NCBI GenBank assembly: GCA_963422205.2
Contig: CAXMWX010000009.1
Span: 1 to 64,000, forward strand
DNA from: Gammaproteobacteria bacterium
GTDB lineage: Bacteria > Pseudomonadota > Gammaproteobacteria > Eutrophobiales > Eutrophobiaceae
Length of the DNA stretch: 64,000 nt
Direction of reading: 5' to 3'
Below are positions 41,471 to 52,896 of the stretch, piece after piece (within the stretch, counting starts at the first letter, position 1; each line of letters opens with the position of its first letter). Under the pieces are notes generated by a model that was given only the letters and a program-made list of their open reading frames with translations, made no database searches and had not been told where the DNA came from. Position numbers and translations under genes: made by a program.

Positions 41471-43321
41471 ATGACGTTGGCAGAAATCATTCCACCGCTT
41501 AATGAATTGATTCGGAGCCGCATGACAACGGGAGAGAGAAAGTTAACTCAATGCCTGAAGTCCCTGTTGGAAGATGATTGTCTTTGTTGGTATAACGTTC
41601 CGATAGGTGAAAAACGCCAGCATCCTGATTTTATTATCCTGAATCCAGGCCGTGGTTTATTGTTCCTAGAGGTGAAAGACTGGAAGCCCGGCACCCTGAA
41701 CAAAATTGACAAATTGGGTGCGGAAATATTAACAGACAAGGGGTTGGTCAGAAAAGATAATCCGCTGGAGCAAGCGCGGCAATATATTTATCCCGTAATA
41801 AACATGTTGTCCCGCGATCCCTGTCTACGACATAAAGACGGCAAGCATAAAGGCAAATTTCTAGTGCCCTATGGCTGGGGCGCAGTGCTGACAAACATAG
41901 ATCGCCAGCAAATCCACAAAGCCGTAACAGATGAAAATCAAAGAAAAGAAGTATTGCCGGATCATCAGCTGATTTACAAGGATGAACTCTCTGAGCAGCG
42001 TGATGCCAAGCTATTTCAAAAACAGTTATGGGGCATGTTCAACCACCAGTTTGGGAATAAATTAAGTACGCGACAAATTGACCGTATTCGCTGGCATCTG
42101 TTTCCAGAGTTACGCATAGATAACAGACAAGTGACGTTATTTGACAAGGATCAGAATGCACAAAATTTTTCCGATAACATCAGTATGATGGACATCAAAC
42201 AGGAAAAACTGGCACGCGGTCTGGGAGAAGGGCATCGCGTGATCCACGGTGTTGCGGGATCTGGCAAAACCTTGATTCTTGGCTACCGTTGTCAGCAATT
42301 AGCACAGATAAGCAACAAGCCAATTCTGGTATTGTGTTTTAACAGATCCCTGGCAGCCATGCTCAGATCTTTTATTTCCGCAAAAGGCATCGGCGAGAAA
42401 GTAGAGGTGCATCACTTCCACGGCTGGTGCGCCAAGCAATTAAAGACACATGATGTGGATGTCATAAAATCTGAAGAAGAGTTTCCGAACCGCCAGGTTC
42501 AATCCGTGATAAAGGCGGTGGATAATGAGCAGATTCCGCGCGCACAGTACGGTGCTATATTGATTGATGAGGGGCATGATTTTGAGGCTAAATGGCTGAA
42601 GTTGATCGTTCAAATGGTTGACCCAGAGAGCAAATCACTCTTGTTTATTCATGATGATGCCCAGGCGATTTACAAGCAATGTCCCGGCTTGGGTTTTACT
42701 TATGCAAGCGTTGGGATACAGGCTCGAGGCCGTACTACCATATTAAACAAGAATTACCGAAATACTCGAGAAATTCTGCAATTCGCCTATGAGTTTATTC
42801 TTCCTTATGTTGATTCAGGCGAGACTGACGATGGGCATATTGTGCTTATTGAACCCGAGGCGGCAGGCACACATGGCGATAAGCCTGAAGTGCATCAGTT
42901 CAACAGCTTCACAGAGGAGATGCGTTATGCCGTATCATGCTTGCAAACATGGCATAAACAAGGCGCATCATGGGCCGATATAGCCGTGCTTTATTTCTAC
43001 CACGACACGGGCGGTAAGGTGAGCGAGCGTCTTAAGCAGGCAGAAATTCCTCATTTACAGATGAAAGACAGCCAGTCTAAAGATGCTTACAATCGTATGA
43101 TTGATCGAGTTACCGTATCAACCTTTCATAGCAGTAAGGGCCTGGAGTTTTCCCATGTGGTAGTTATCGGGGTAGGCAAGCATTCAAACAATCAAGAGGA
43201 ATTGCAAAGCAATGCCAAGTTATTATATGTGGGAATAACCCGGGCACAGAAAACATTATTGCTCACCACCTCAACAGACGATCAGCTAAGTTGTAAGTTG
43301 TTAAAAATCGCTGCCGTATAA
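41471..43321 (+). CDS. NERD-type nuclease fused to an SF1 (UvrD-like) helicase
   Basis: PDF…LEVKDW nuclease motif; GVAGSGKT, DEGHD, NYRNT, HSSKGLEF and YVGITRA helicase motifs; lower GC. Confidence 0.9.
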   Translation: MTLAEIIPPLNELIRSRMTTGERKLTQCLKSLLEDDCLCWYNVPIGEKRQHPDFIILNPGRGLLFLEVKDWKPGTLNKIDKLGAEILTDKGLVRKDNPLEQARQYIYPVINMLSRDPCLRHKDGKHKGKFLVPYGWGAVLTNIDRQQIHKAVTDENQRKEVLPDHQLIYKDELSEQRDAKLFQKQLWGMFNHQFGNKLSTRQIDRIRWHLFPELRIDNRQVTLFDKDQNAQNFSDNISMMDIKQEKLARGLGEGHRVIHGVAGSGKTLILGYRCQQLAQISNKPILVLCFNRSLAAMLRSFISAKGIGEKVEVHHFHGWCAKQLKTHDVDVIKSEEEFPNRQVQSVIKAVDNEQIPRAQYGAILIDEGHDFEAKWLKLIVQMVDPESKSLLFIHDDAQAIYKQCPGLGFTYASVGIQARGRTTILNKNYRNTREILQFAYEFILPYVDSGETDDGHIVLIEPEAAGTHGDKPEVHQFNSFTEEMRYAVSCLQTWHKQGASWADIAVLYFYHDTGGKVSERLKQAEIPHLQMKDSQSKDAYNRMIDRVTVSTFHSSKGLEFSHVVVIGVGKHSNNQEELQSNAKLLYVGITRAQKTLLLTTSTDDQLSCKLLKIAAV

Positions 43322-43420
43322 TTTACATTTCAAACCAGCACACAAAGCCACTGTCCAACACTTTATGCTCGCCCCTGTAACTGCTAGACTGGCCAGCACA
43401 GTTATCCTAAGGAAACCAAT

Positions 43421-44158
43421 GTGGCTGGCCACAGTAAATGGGCGAATATTCAGCACCGCAAGAACCGACAGGACGCCAGGCGGGGCAAGCTGTTCAGCAA
43501 ACTCATCCGCGAGATCACGGTGGCCGCCCGGCTGAGTGGCGAGGAGCCGGCGGCCAATCCGCGCTTACGGGCGGCTATCGACAATGCGCTGGCGGCCAAC
43601 ATGGCCCGGGATACGATTGAACGGGCGGTTAAGCGGGGCGGCGGAGGCGGCGAGAGTGACAGCCTTGAGGAAGTGCGTTATGAGGGCTACGGCCCGGGCG
43701 GGGTGGCCGTGATGGTGGACTGCATGACCGATAACCGCAACCGCACCGTGGCCGAGGTGCGCCATGTCTTGAGCAAATGCGGCGGCAAGCTGGGCACCGA
43801 TGGCTCGGTTGCCTGGATGTTCACCAAGGTCGGGCAGATATCCTATGCCAGCGACACGGATGAGGACAAGCTCATGGAGGCCGCCCTGGAAGCGGGCGCC
43901 GAGGATGTGATCAACAATGCTGACGGCTCTTATGATGTGCTGGCCTCGGTGGATGATTTTGTCGATGTGAAGGCGGCGTTGACAGGCCAGGGGCTAACAC
44001 CGGAAGCCGCCGGGATCACCATGCACGCCAACACCACCAGCACGCTCGATCCCGCCAATGCGGCCGCCCTGCTACGGCTGCTGGAGCGGCTGGATGATTT
44101 GGATGATGTGCAGCAGGTCTATGTCAACACCGATGTGCCGGCTGAGTTGCTGGCCTGA
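43421..44158 (+). CDS. yebC: YebC/PmpR family protein
   Basis: MAGHSKWANIQHRK, YEGYGPGG, TDNRNRT. Confidence 0.97.
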   Translation: MAGHSKWANIQHRKNRQDARRGKLFSKLIREITVAARLSGEEPAANPRLRAAIDNALAANMARDTIERAVKRGGGGGESDSLEEVRYEGYGPGGVAVMVDCMTDNRNRTVAEVRHVLSKCGGKLGTDGSVAWMFTKVGQISYASDTDEDKLMEAALEAGAEDVINNADGSYDVLASVDDFVDVKAALTGQGLTPEAAGITMHANTTSTLDPANAAALLRLLERLDDLDDVQQVYVNTDVPAELLA

Positions 44159-44203
44159 TCCCATGGCAGGCGCCCAATGTAGCGGATGGCGCTCTCCTCA
44201 CCC

Positions 44204-44728
44204 ATGGCGGTAGTGCGGATCCTGGGCATCGATCCCGGCTCTGTGAACACCGGTTATGGCGTGATTGACATGCAGGGCAACCATGCCGCCTGCATTACCT
44301 TCGGCATCGTCAAAGTCCAGGGCGAAATGCTGGCCGCCAGGCTGCAAACGATCTACGCCGGGCTTGAGCAAATCATCACAGAGTATCAGCCGGCAGAGGC
44401 GGCCATAGAAAAAGTCTTTATGCACCAGAATGCCGATTCTGCCTTGAAGCTCGGCCAGGCCCGGGGCGCCGCCATCACGGCCTGTGCCAACCGCCAGCGG
44501 CCAGTATATGAGTACACGGCCAATCAGGTGAAACAGGCCACAGTCGGCAAGGGCCATGCGGCAAAACAACAGGTGCAGCACATGATCCGGGTGTTACTGT
44601 GTTTGCCGAAATCACCGCCAACCGATGCCGCCGATGCCCTGGCGATCGCCCTGTGTCATGGCCACTGCCGGGAGACCGTACGGCGGATGCCGGGGGTGAG
44701 CGGCATACGCCGGGGGCGCTGGCGATGA
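44204..44728 (+). CDS. ruvC: Holliday junction resolvase RuvC
   Basis: ILGIDPG, KLGQARG, DAADALAIALCH. Confidence 0.97.
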   Translation: MAVVRILGIDPGSVNTGYGVIDMQGNHAACITFGIVKVQGEMLAARLQTIYAGLEQIITEYQPAEAAIEKVFMHQNADSALKLGQARGAAITACANRQRPVYEYTANQVKQATVGKGHAAKQQVQHMIRVLLCLPKSPPTDAADALAIALCHGHCRETVRRMPGVSGIRRGRWR

Positions 44729-45327
44729 TTAGCCTGCTTCAAGGCGTCTTGCTGGAGAGACAGCCACCGCACCTCTTGATCGATGTGGGCGGCGTGGGCT
44801 ATGAGGTGGAAGCACCGATGACCACCATCTATAACCTGCCGGAGATCGGCAGCGAGGTGCGGCTGCATACCCATCTGATCGTCCGGGAAGATGCTCATCT
44901 GCTGTTTGCCTTTGGCGATGTGGCCGAGCGCCGCATGTTCCGCCACCTGATCAAGGTAAACGGCGTGGGCGCCAGGATGGCGCTGGCGATCCTCTCCGGT
45001 ATCGAGGCGGACGCCTTCTATCACTGTGTGCAACACGGCGATACCGACCGGCTGGTGAAGCTGCCGGGCATCGGCAAAAAAACCGCTGAGCGATTGATCG
45101 TGGAGATGCGGGATCGGCTGCAAGACTGGCCGGCCAGTCAGCCGGTCTCGCCACCGGGCAAGGCGAGAAGAGGCGCAACGGCTGATCCGGTGGATGAGGC
45201 GGTCAGCGCGCTGATCGCCTTAGGCTATAAACCACAGGAGGCCAGCCGCCTGGTGCTGGCGGTGGCGGCACCGGATGCAGACAGCGAAGCACTGATCAAA
45301 GATGCCCTCAAGGCTTCGGTAAAATAA
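44725..45327 (+). CDS. ruvA: Holliday junction DNA-binding protein RuvA
   Basis: GVGYEV, VREDA, VNGVG, PGIGKKTAER. Confidence 0.97.
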   Translation: MISLLQGVLLERQPPHLLIDVGGVGYEVEAPMTTIYNLPEIGSEVRLHTHLIVREDAHLLFAFGDVAERRMFRHLIKVNGVGARMALAILSGIEADAFYHCVQHGDTDRLVKLPGIGKKTAERLIVEMRDRLQDWPASQPVSPPGKARRGATADPVDEAVSALIALGYKPQEASRLVLAVAAPDADSEALIKDALKASVK

Positions 45328-45449
45328 CCCCGATCAGCCCGGCGAGCAGCGGCCCTGAATATTGATTTGGGGCTATCATAAACTCAGCTTCCCATGGCTT
45401 TGAACCGACTGGCATCTGACAACGCAACCGTAGAGAATAAGGCCCTGTT

Positions 45450-46514
45450 ATGAGTAAACCCGGCTCGGTCATCTCCGCCAACAGCTCGGCTGAGGATATT
45501 GCCGTGGAGACCACGCTCCGCCCGCAACGGCTACAGGATTATACCGGCCAGCCGGCGGTGTGCGAACAGATGGAGATATTCATCGGCGCAGCGCACAAGC
45601 GCAATGAATCGCTGGATCATGTCTTGATCTTCGGCCCGCCCGGCTTGGGCAAAACCACCCTGGCGCATATCATCGCCAATGAAATGCAGGTCGGCTTGCG
45701 GCAGACCTCGGGCCCGGTGCTGGAGCGCCCGGGCGATCTGGCCGCCCTACTGACCAACCTGGAGCCTAAGGATGTGTTGTTCATCGATGAAATTCATCGC
45801 CTAAGCCCGGTGGTGGAAGAGATTCTGTATCCGGCGATGGAGGACTATCAGATCGATATCATGATCGGGGAAGGGCCGGCGGCGCGTGCCATCAAGCTGG
45901 ATGTGCCGCCGTTCACGCTGGTCGGGGCGACTACCCGCGCCGGTCTCTTGACCTCGCCGTTGCGCGATCGTTTCGGCATCGTCCAGCGGCTGGAGTTTTA
46001 TTCCGTGGCTGATCTCGGCCATATTGTCAGCCGCTCGGCCGAGATCCTGGCCGTGCCGGTGGAAGCGGCGGGGGCAAATGAGATCGCCGCCCGCTCCCGT
46101 GGTACGCCGCGCATCGCCAATCGCCTGTTGCGCCGAGTGCGCGATTACAGTGAAATGAAGGCGGACGGGCGTATCACGGCAGACACTTCGCAACGGGCGC
46201 TGAACATGTTAAACGTGGATGAGCATGGCTTTGATGCGATGGATCGGCGGCTGCTGCTGGCGATTATCCAGAAGTTTGATGGCGGGCCGGTGGGGCTGGA
46301 CAGCATCGCTGCTGCCGTTGGCGAGGAGCGCGATACCATAGAGGATGTGATTGAGCCTTTTTTGATCCAGCAGGGGTTTATGATGCGTACCCCGCGGGGC
46401 CGGGTGGCCACGAAGAACGCCTGGCTGCACTTCGGGCTGGACCTGCCGAAGGGGCATCAGCTTGCTCATGATCTGTTTGCCGCCGACAGCCAGGAAGGCC
46501 AGACAGGCGGATGA
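45450..46514 (+). CDS. ruvB: Holliday junction helicase RuvB
   Basis: [34 protein letters not shown]. Confidence 0.99.
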   Translation: MSKPGSVISANSSAEDIAVETTLRPQRLQDYTGQPAVCEQMEIFIGAAHKRNESLDHVLIFGPPGLGKTTLAHIIANEMQVGLRQTSGPVLERPGDLAALLTNLEPKDVLFIDEIHRLSPVVEEILYPAMEDYQIDIMIGEGPAARAIKLDVPPFTLVGATTRAGLLTSPLRDRFGIVQRLEFYSVADLGHIVSRSAEILAVPVEAAGANEIAARSRGTPRIANRLLRRVRDYSEMKADGRITADTSQRALNMLNVDEHGFDAMDRRLLLAIIQKFDGGPVGLDSIAAAVGEERDTIEDVIEPFLIQQGFMMRTPRGRVATKNAWLHFGLDLPKGHQLAHDLFAADSQEGQTGG

Positions 46515-46515
46515 C

Positions 46516-46920
46516 ATGACTGAATTTAGCTGCACTGTGCGGGTCTATTATGAGGATACCGATGCGGTCGGGCTTCTCTACCATGCCAATTACCTGAAAT
46601 ACATGGAGCGGGCGCGTTCAGAATACCTGCGATCACTGGGCTATACCCATCCGCTGCTTGCCCGCCACGAGCGGCTGATCTTTGTGGTAAGCGGGCTCAC
46701 CATCGAGTATAAAAAACCAGCACGGCTTGATGACCTGCTAACCATCACGGCGGGCTTTGCTACGGTCAATGCGGCCAGCATAATATGCTCGCAGACTGTC
46801 CGGCGTGATGCTGACATACTGTGCACCGGCCTGATAAAGATAGCCGCTCTCGACAGTGACAGTTACATGCCAAAACGTATCCCGGCACAGATGAGGGGAA
46901 AATTTGATCATGACGGCTGA
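46516..46920 (+). CDS. ybgC: Tol-Pal-associated acyl-CoA thioesterase YbgC
   Basis: RVYYEDTD…YHANYLKYMERAR. Confidence 0.95.
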   Translation: MTEFSCTVRVYYEDTDAVGLLYHANYLKYMERARSEYLRSLGYTHPLLARHERLIFVVSGLTIEYKKPARLDDLLTITAGFATVNAASIICSQTVRRDADILCTGLIKIAALDSDSYMPKRIPAQMRGKFDHDG

Positions 46921-47584
46921 TATGAGCTTCCTGCATTTGATCATGAGCGCCAGCGCCCTGGTGCAACTGGTGATGTTATCGCTGCTGCTGGCCTCGCTGA
47001 TCTCCTGGACGATGATCTTCAAAAAACGCATCGCCTTGAACGATGCCCGGCGTGAGGCGGACGCCTTCGAAGAGCGTTTCTGGTCACTGGAGGACTTAAC
47101 ACCACTGTATGCCCGGGTCAGCAATTCACGTTATGATGCCGTCGGCATGGAAAAACTGTTCGAGGCCGGGTTTAACGAATTTGCCCGCCTGCGTAAGCAG
47201 GACAACATCGATCCCGATGCCGTCATGGAAGGCACGCAGCGCGCCATGCGCGTCGCCCTGAACAAGGAGATCGAATGGCTGGATACGCACTTGTCTTTTC
47301 TCGCCACAGTAGGCTCGACCAGCCCCTATGTCGGCCTGTTCGGCACCGTCTGGGGGATCATGAACAGCTTTCGGGCGCTGGGCAATGTGCAGCAGGCATC
47401 CATCGCCATGGTGGCCCCCGGCATCGCCGAGGCACTGATCGCAACGGCAATGGGCCTGTTTGCCGCCATCCCGGCCGTCATCGCCTATAACCGTTTCTCC
47501 AACGATGTGGAGCGGCTGATCAATCGCTACGACACGTTCACCGAGGAGTTCTCCGCCATACTGCACAGACACGCCCACCAATAA
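46910..47584 (+). CDS. tolQ: TolQ
   Basis: SPYVGLFGTVWGIM, APGIAEALIATAMGL. Confidence 0.97.
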   Translation: MTADMSFLHLIMSASALVQLVMLSLLLASLISWTMIFKKRIALNDARREADAFEERFWSLEDLTPLYARVSNSRYDAVGMEKLFEAGFNEFARLRKQDNIDPDAVMEGTQRAMRVALNKEIEWLDTHLSFLATVGSTSPYVGLFGTVWGIMNSFRALGNVQQASIAMVAPGIAEALIATAMGLFAAIPAVIAYNRFSNDVERLINRYDTFTEEFSAILHRHAHQ

Positions 47585-47597
47585 CAACGAGGCCAAC

Positions 47598-48035
47598 ATG
47601 AAGCCGAGACGACGCAAACGACCCCTGGCCGAGATCAACGTGGTGCCTTATATTGACGTGATGCTGGTGCTGCTGATCATCTTTATGATCACCGCCCCGC
47701 TGTTAAGCCAGGGCATCAAGATAGATTTGCCTGAAGTGGCCGCCGAGACCCTGCCGGCCGACACCAAAGACCCGCTGGTGATCAGCATCGATAAAGCCGG
47801 CAACTATTACATGAATTACGGTGATAAGCAGGATAGACCGGTGGCCGCACAAACCATGGTCAACCGGGTGGCCGCCCTGCTCAAACACCGCCAGCGGCTG
47901 CCCGTGCTGGTGAAAGGCGACCGGCATGTGGCCTATGGCCACATCGCCGAGGTCATGGCCTTGTTGCAAAATGCCGGCGTTGACCGGGTTAGCCTGGTGA
48001 CCGATCTGCCTGATAACGTGATGCCCGAAAAATGA
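47598..48035 (+). CDS. tolR: TolR
   Basis: EINVVPYIDVMLVLLIIFMITAP. Confidence 0.97.
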   Translation: MKPRRRKRPLAEINVVPYIDVMLVLLIIFMITAPLLSQGIKIDLPEVAAETLPADTKDPLVISIDKAGNYYMNYGDKQDRPVAAQTMVNRVAALLKHRQRLPVLVKGDRHVAYGHIAEVMALLQNAGVDRVSLVTDLPDNVMPEK

Positions 48036-48070
48036 TGCTTCGAAAAATGACGCCCAAAAAGTAATGCAAC

Positions 48071-48883
48071 ATGCCGTTTTTAACCTTGCGCTCTTTTGCC
48101 TGCTCCCTGCTCATCCATATCATCATCGGCGGCCTGCTCCTGTTCAGCTTCGATAACACGCCAGCCCCTCGCCCCATGCCCCGCCCGCAGGAGAATATGA
48201 TCACGGCCACCGCTGTCAACAGCAAGGCGGTGGAGCAGGAACTGCGGCGGCTGGAAGATATAGAAAAACAAAAACAGCAGCAAAAGCTGAAGGAGCAGAA
48301 AGCATTGGAGAGAAGGCGTGAGGATTTGCAGCAGCAAGCCAGCGAGGCCGAACGGCAGAAAAAGCAGGAAAGAAAACGGCTGGATGAGATAAAAAAACAG
48401 CAGGCGGAGGCCGCCGAAGCATTGAAACGCAAACAGCTGAGGTTAAAACAAGAGCAGGAGGCGGCGGAGAGAAAACGGCAGCAGGAAGCAGAGGCGAGAC
48501 GAGCGGCAGAGGAGAAGCGGCGCAAGGCACAACAGGCAGAAAAGGCGCTGAAAAAACAGCTTGCCGAAGAGCGGGCGGCAGAGCAAAAACACCAGGATCA
48601 ACAGCTATTGCAAGGCATTATTGCCAACATCAATCGCAAGGTAAATAATAATTTCAATAAAACCGGCTTGCCGCTCGGCCTTGAGTGCATCTTGTCAGTG
48701 CAGACCGTGCCGGGCGGGGAGGTCATCAGCGTGACGCTCAAAAAATCCAGCGGCAATGCGATCTTTGATCGGCGGGCAATCACCGCCGTGGAGAAATCCT
48801 CACCGCTGCCTTTGCCCGGTGATGCGAAGCTATTTAACCGACTGCCATTACGCAACTTTACTTTTCGATTCAGCCCTGACTGA
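48071..48883 (+). CDS. tolA: TolA
   Basis: TM segment with SLLIH, K/E/Q/A-rich coiled coil, SSGNAIFD C-domain. Confidence 0.92.
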   Translation: MPFLTLRSFACSLLIHIIIGGLLLFSFDNTPAPRPMPRPQENMITATAVNSKAVEQELRRLEDIEKQKQQQKLKEQKALERRREDLQQQASEAERQKKQERKRLDEIKKQQAEAAEALKRKQLRLKQEQEAAERKRQQEAEARRAAEEKRRKAQQAEKALKKQLAEERAAEQKHQDQQLLQGIIANINRKVNNNFNKTGLPLGLECILSVQTVPGGEVISVTLKKSSGNAIFDRRAITAVEKSSPLPLPGDAKLFNRLPLRNFTFRFSPD

Positions 48884-48896
48884 GGATGAATATTCA

Positions 48897-50207
48897 ATGA
48901 GACGTGCCATTCGCATTTTGCCCCTGCTTTGCAGCCTGCTCATCTTGGGCCAACACGCCAGGACCGATGAGCAACTGGTGATCGACATCACTGGCGTGAA
49001 CAAGACCCTGCCTATTGCCATCGTCCCGTTCGGCTGGAACGGCGAGCCCGGCAAACCGCCTGCTGATCTGCACCTCACCATCGCCAACAACCTGGCACGC
49101 AGCGGTCGGTTTGACACCATGGATGCCGCCGATATGCCGCAAATGCCGAACAGCTACAGCGAGGTCAATTTTAAGGACTGGCGGTTATTGCAGATGGAGA
49201 CCCTTGTCATTGGCAACCTGAAACAAACCGCCGAGGGCCGCTATGATGTCGAGTTCAGGCTGCTGGATGTCTATACCGGCTCGCAGCTTGCCGGTTTTCG
49301 TATCCCGGCCACTCGCCAGCAACTGCGCCGCACAGCACACCGCATCAGCGATATCATCTTCCAGAAGCTGACCGGGCAGCGCGGGGCATTCGACACCCGG
49401 ATTGCCTATGTCACGGTCACCGGGGTGAGAGCAGAGGATCAACGCTTCACCCTGCAAATCGCCGATGCCGATGGCTTTCATCCTAAGGTGCTGCTGGAAT
49501 CCACCGAGCCGCTGCTCTCCCCGGCCTGGTCACCGGATGGTCGGGCGCTGGCCTATGTGTCGTTTGAGGGACGAAATTCCGCCATCTTTGTGCAGGATAT
49601 TAAGAGCGGGCAGCGCGAGAGACTCGCCGCCTTCCCCGGCATCAACAGCGCCCCGGCCTTCTCGCCGGACGGCAGCCGCCTGGCGCTGACCCTGTCCCGG
49701 GATGGCAACCCGGAAATTTATGTCCTGCACCTGTCCACCCGCTCGTTACAGCGCATCACCCGCAATCGCGCCATTGACACCGAGCCAGGCTGGGCGCCGG
49801 ACGGCAACAGGCTGGCCTTCACCTCAGACCGGGGCGGCTCACCACAGATCTACGAGGTGGCGCTAAACGGCGGCAGCCCGAAAAGATTGACCTTCGATGG
49901 CCCCTATTTTGCCAGACCGCGCTATGCACCGGACGGCAAGAGCATGGCGATGGTCTCCGGCAAAGACGGGCAATACCGTATCGCCTGGCTGGACTTGAGC
50001 AGCAATTACCTCGCCCTGCTGACCGGCGGCGCGCTGGACGAATCACCCAGCTTCAGCCCGGATGGCAGCATGATCATCTACGCCAAAACGGGCCGCCGTG
50101 GCTCTGAGCTGGCGGCGGTGTCGGCTGACGGCGAAGTACACCAGCGGCTCGCCCTGCAGGATGGCGAGGTGCGTGAACCGGCCTGGGGGCCTTTCCCGAA
50201 ACAATAA
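48897..50207 (+). CDS. tolB: TolB
   Basis: PIAIVPF, TRIAYV, repeated P.WSPDG propeller motifs. Confidence 0.97.
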   Translation: MRRAIRILPLLCSLLILGQHARTDEQLVIDITGVNKTLPIAIVPFGWNGEPGKPPADLHLTIANNLARSGRFDTMDAADMPQMPNSYSEVNFKDWRLLQMETLVIGNLKQTAEGRYDVEFRLLDVYTGSQLAGFRIPATRQQLRRTAHRISDIIFQKLTGQRGAFDTRIAYVTVTGVRAEDQRFTLQIADADGFHPKVLLESTEPLLSPAWSPDGRALAYVSFEGRNSAIFVQDIKSGQRERLAAFPGINSAPAFSPDGSRLALTLSRDGNPEIYVLHLSTRSLQRITRNRAIDTEPGWAPDGNRLAFTSDRGGSPQIYEVALNGGSPKRLTFDGPYFARPRYAPDGKSMAMVSGKDGQYRIAWLDLSSNYLALLTGGALDESPSFSPDGSMIIYAKTGRRGSELAAVSADGEVHQRLALQDGEVREPAWGPFPKQ

Positions 50208-50259
50208 ACATCGGCATGAATGAATGGTATGCTGAGAACCTGTACGTGGAGACTGCGTT

Positions 50260-50835
50260 ATGCTCAACAAAATCCTGCGGCGATCATTCGCCCTGCTGCT
50301 GGCCCTGACACTGACCGCCTGCACATCTTCCGGCAAAAAAGAAGAGGCCGCCCGTGTTGAGGATCGATCGATCAGCGCTGGCCCTGGCGATAGCGGCGAT
50401 GGGGCGATGGACGATGCTGGCGGGGCGGCGACCGCTTACGGGGCTGGGGCTGACAGCGGCTCGCCCTTGAGTCTGCTGGATGATCCGGACAGTGCCTTGT
50501 CGGTGCGTATTATTTATTTTGCCTATGACAGCAGCACCATCCAGCCACAGTTCAATGATGCCATCGCCGCCCATGCCACCTTTCTCGCCCAGCACCCCGA
50601 ACATAGCCTGACGCTGGAAGGCCATGCCGATGAGCGTGGCTCAAGAGAATACAATCTTGCGCTCGGTGAACGGCGGGCAGAGGCCGTCAAGCAGCAAATG
50701 GTGTTGCTGGGCGCCGCCGCCTCGCAAATACGCACGAGCAGTTATGGCGAGGAGAGACCGATCACCACCGGCCATAATGAGCAGTCCTGGGCGCAAAACC
50801 GTCGTGTCGAAATCGTTTACAATCAGGCACTGTGA
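50260..50835 (+). CDS. pal: Peptidoglycan-associated lipoprotein Pal
   Basis: Lipobox LTAC; GHADERGSREYNLALGERRA. Confidence 0.97.
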   Translation: MLNKILRRSFALLLALTLTACTSSGKKEEAARVEDRSISAGPGDSGDGAMDDAGGAATAYGAGADSGSPLSLLDDPDSALSVRIIYFAYDSSTIQPQFNDAIAAHATFLAQHPEHSLTLEGHADERGSREYNLALGERRAEAVKQQMVLLGAAASQIRTSSYGEERPITTGHNEQSWAQNRRVEIVYNQAL

Positions 50836-51818
50836 AGCGCAAGCTGACATCACCCCTGCCCTGCCTGGCCTGCTTGTTACTGCTCTCGACCAGTGCCGGG
50901 GCGGCTAATGAATCGGCCAATCAATCAGAGACAGCCGCTCGCCTTGCGCGCATTGAACAATTACTCAGCAGCCATGCCTTGCTGGAGTTGCTGCAACAGG
51001 TACAAGCGCTGGAGGATCAGGTCAAACAGTTGCAAGGGCAGCTGGAATTACAAGACCACCGCCTTGAACAGCTAAAGAAAAGACAGCGCGCCCTGTATGT
51101 GGATATCGATCAACGGCTGCAAGCCGGTGAGCGTCGCGGCGCCTCCTCGGCGGCCGCTGCCCAGCCGGGCCCGGCTGATGAGAACCCCTCCCCGCCGTTG
51201 GCAACGCTGGCCCCTGTTCACTCCGACCAGCACCAGGCAGACAGACCGGCAACGGCGCAGAATCTGACGGTAGAGATGATCAACCGGCCCGAGGCCACGC
51301 CATCAACCGGGCCAGCGAGCTCGGCAGACCCGTCAGCAGCGGAGCAGAGCATCCCGACAGCGCCAGTATCCGACCCGGTAAAAGCGCGGGCCGATTATCA
51401 ACACGCCTTTAAGCTATTGAATGATAACCTGTACGATCAATCTATTAAGGCGTTTATCGCCTTCATGCAGTCTCATCCCGACAGCGCCCTGTCTGACAAG
51501 GCGCAATACTGGCTGGCTGAAACCTATTTTGTTACCGCCGCCTATCAACAGGCGTTGACCGAATACAGCAATCTGATCACGAATTACCCCGATAGCCAAA
51601 AACTCACACAGGCGCAACTCAAAATTGCCTATGCCTATCAGGAACTGGGGCAGATCGATGCCGCCAGAAAAACCCTCACGGGGCTGATTGATACCTACCC
51701 TGGCACCACGGTAGCACGCCTGGCCAGCGAGCGTTTGCAGCAGCTCGCCAGCCTGCCGCAAGCAGCACAAGCCGATGCCGAAGATCCCCTGCCGCCCGCA
51801 TCAGCCCCGCCCGACTGA
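50832..51818 (+). CDS. cpoB: Cell division coordinator CpoB (YbgF)
   Basis: Signal peptide, coiled coil and TPRs; follows pal. Confidence 0.92.
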   Translation: MKRKLTSPLPCLACLLLLSTSAGAANESANQSETAARLARIEQLLSSHALLELLQQVQALEDQVKQLQGQLELQDHRLEQLKKRQRALYVDIDQRLQAGERRGASSAAAAQPGPADENPSPPLATLAPVHSDQHQADRPATAQNLTVEMINRPEATPSTGPASSADPSAAEQSIPTAPVSDPVKARADYQHAFKLLNDNLYDQSIKAFIAFMQSHPDSALSDKAQYWLAETYFVTAAYQQALTEYSNLITNYPDSQKLTQAQLKIAYAYQELGQIDAARKTLTGLIDTYPGTTVARLASERLQQLASLPQAAQADAEDPLPPASAPPD

Positions 51819-51847
51819 CCACGCTCAACTGCACAGGGGCCTCAGCA

Positions 51848-52552
51848 TTGAACAAGCCACCTGCGATCGTGCTGCTCTCCGGCGGCCTGGACTCGGCCAC
51901 GGTGTTGGCCATGGCCAACCAGCAGGGGTTCGCCTGCCATGCCTTGAGCTTTGACTATCAGCAACGTCATCAGGTTGAACTCCGTGCGGCCAGGGACATC
52001 GCGCACCACCTGGGGGCGGTTGAACATAAAATCATAAAAATAGCGCTGGGGGAGCTTGGCGGCTCGGCACTGACAGATAAAAATATCGCCGTGCCAGAAG
52101 CTCGCCCTGAAGCCGTGCCGAAGGCTGGGGATGACGACATTCCCGTCACCTACGTGCCAGCCAGAAACACCATCTTTCTGGCCTTTGCGCTGGCGTATGC
52201 AGAGACCCGCCAGGCCAGTGATATTTTCATTGGCGTGAATGCAGTGGATTATTCCGGTTATCCCGACTGCCGACCCGCATTCATCAAGGCATTTGCCGAG
52301 ACAGCCCGGCTGGCCACCCGGGCAGGGCTTGTCGGTCAGTCTTTTGCTATCCATACGCCCTTGATCGGCATGCACAAGGCAGAGATCATTCGAACGGGAA
52401 GCCGCCTTGGTGTGGATTATGATCTCACTATCTCCTGCTATCAGGCAGACGAAGCAGGCCAGGCATGTGGCCGTTGTGATGCCTGTCGGTTTCGGCGTCA
52501 GGGCTTCACAGCGGCCAGCATCACCGACCCGACTGTCTACGCCAACGACTGA
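51848..52552 (+). CDS. queC: 7-cyano-7-deazaguanine synthase QueC
   Basis: [31 protein letters not shown]. Confidence 0.98.
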   Translation: MNKPPAIVLLSGGLDSATVLAMANQQGFACHALSFDYQQRHQVELRAARDIAHHLGAVEHKIIKIALGELGGSALTDKNIAVPEARPEAVPKAGDDDIPVTYVPARNTIFLAFALAYAETRQASDIFIGVNAVDYSGYPDCRPAFIKAFAETARLATRAGLVGQSFAIHTPLIGMHKAEIIRTGSRLGVDYDLTISCYQADEAGQACGRCDACRFRRQGFTAASITDPTVYAND

Positions 52553-52896
52553 CCGGGCAGGTGCCATCTTTTGCCTACACGCCTGCCGCCACCCATTGCC
52601 TCTTGCGATGGACTGCTATCGCCCCACTCAACACCGACACACCGACATCTTTCAGTCGACGGGTAAATTTCAGCGTATCAAACATCACGGCGCTCATCGC
52701 TCTGCCTCACCTGGTCGGGACGCTGATACTAGCATACATACCGCATGGCGTGCAGCCGCAGTCACTGCAATGACCCGGCAGCCAAGGCACATACAAACAA
52801 GAACCCTCTGATCAGCACCCCCCGCTATAAGCATCACGTATCCCACCATCCCTGGCCTATTTTCGAGCGACCGTAAGGCTCTATTGCAGTAGCACA

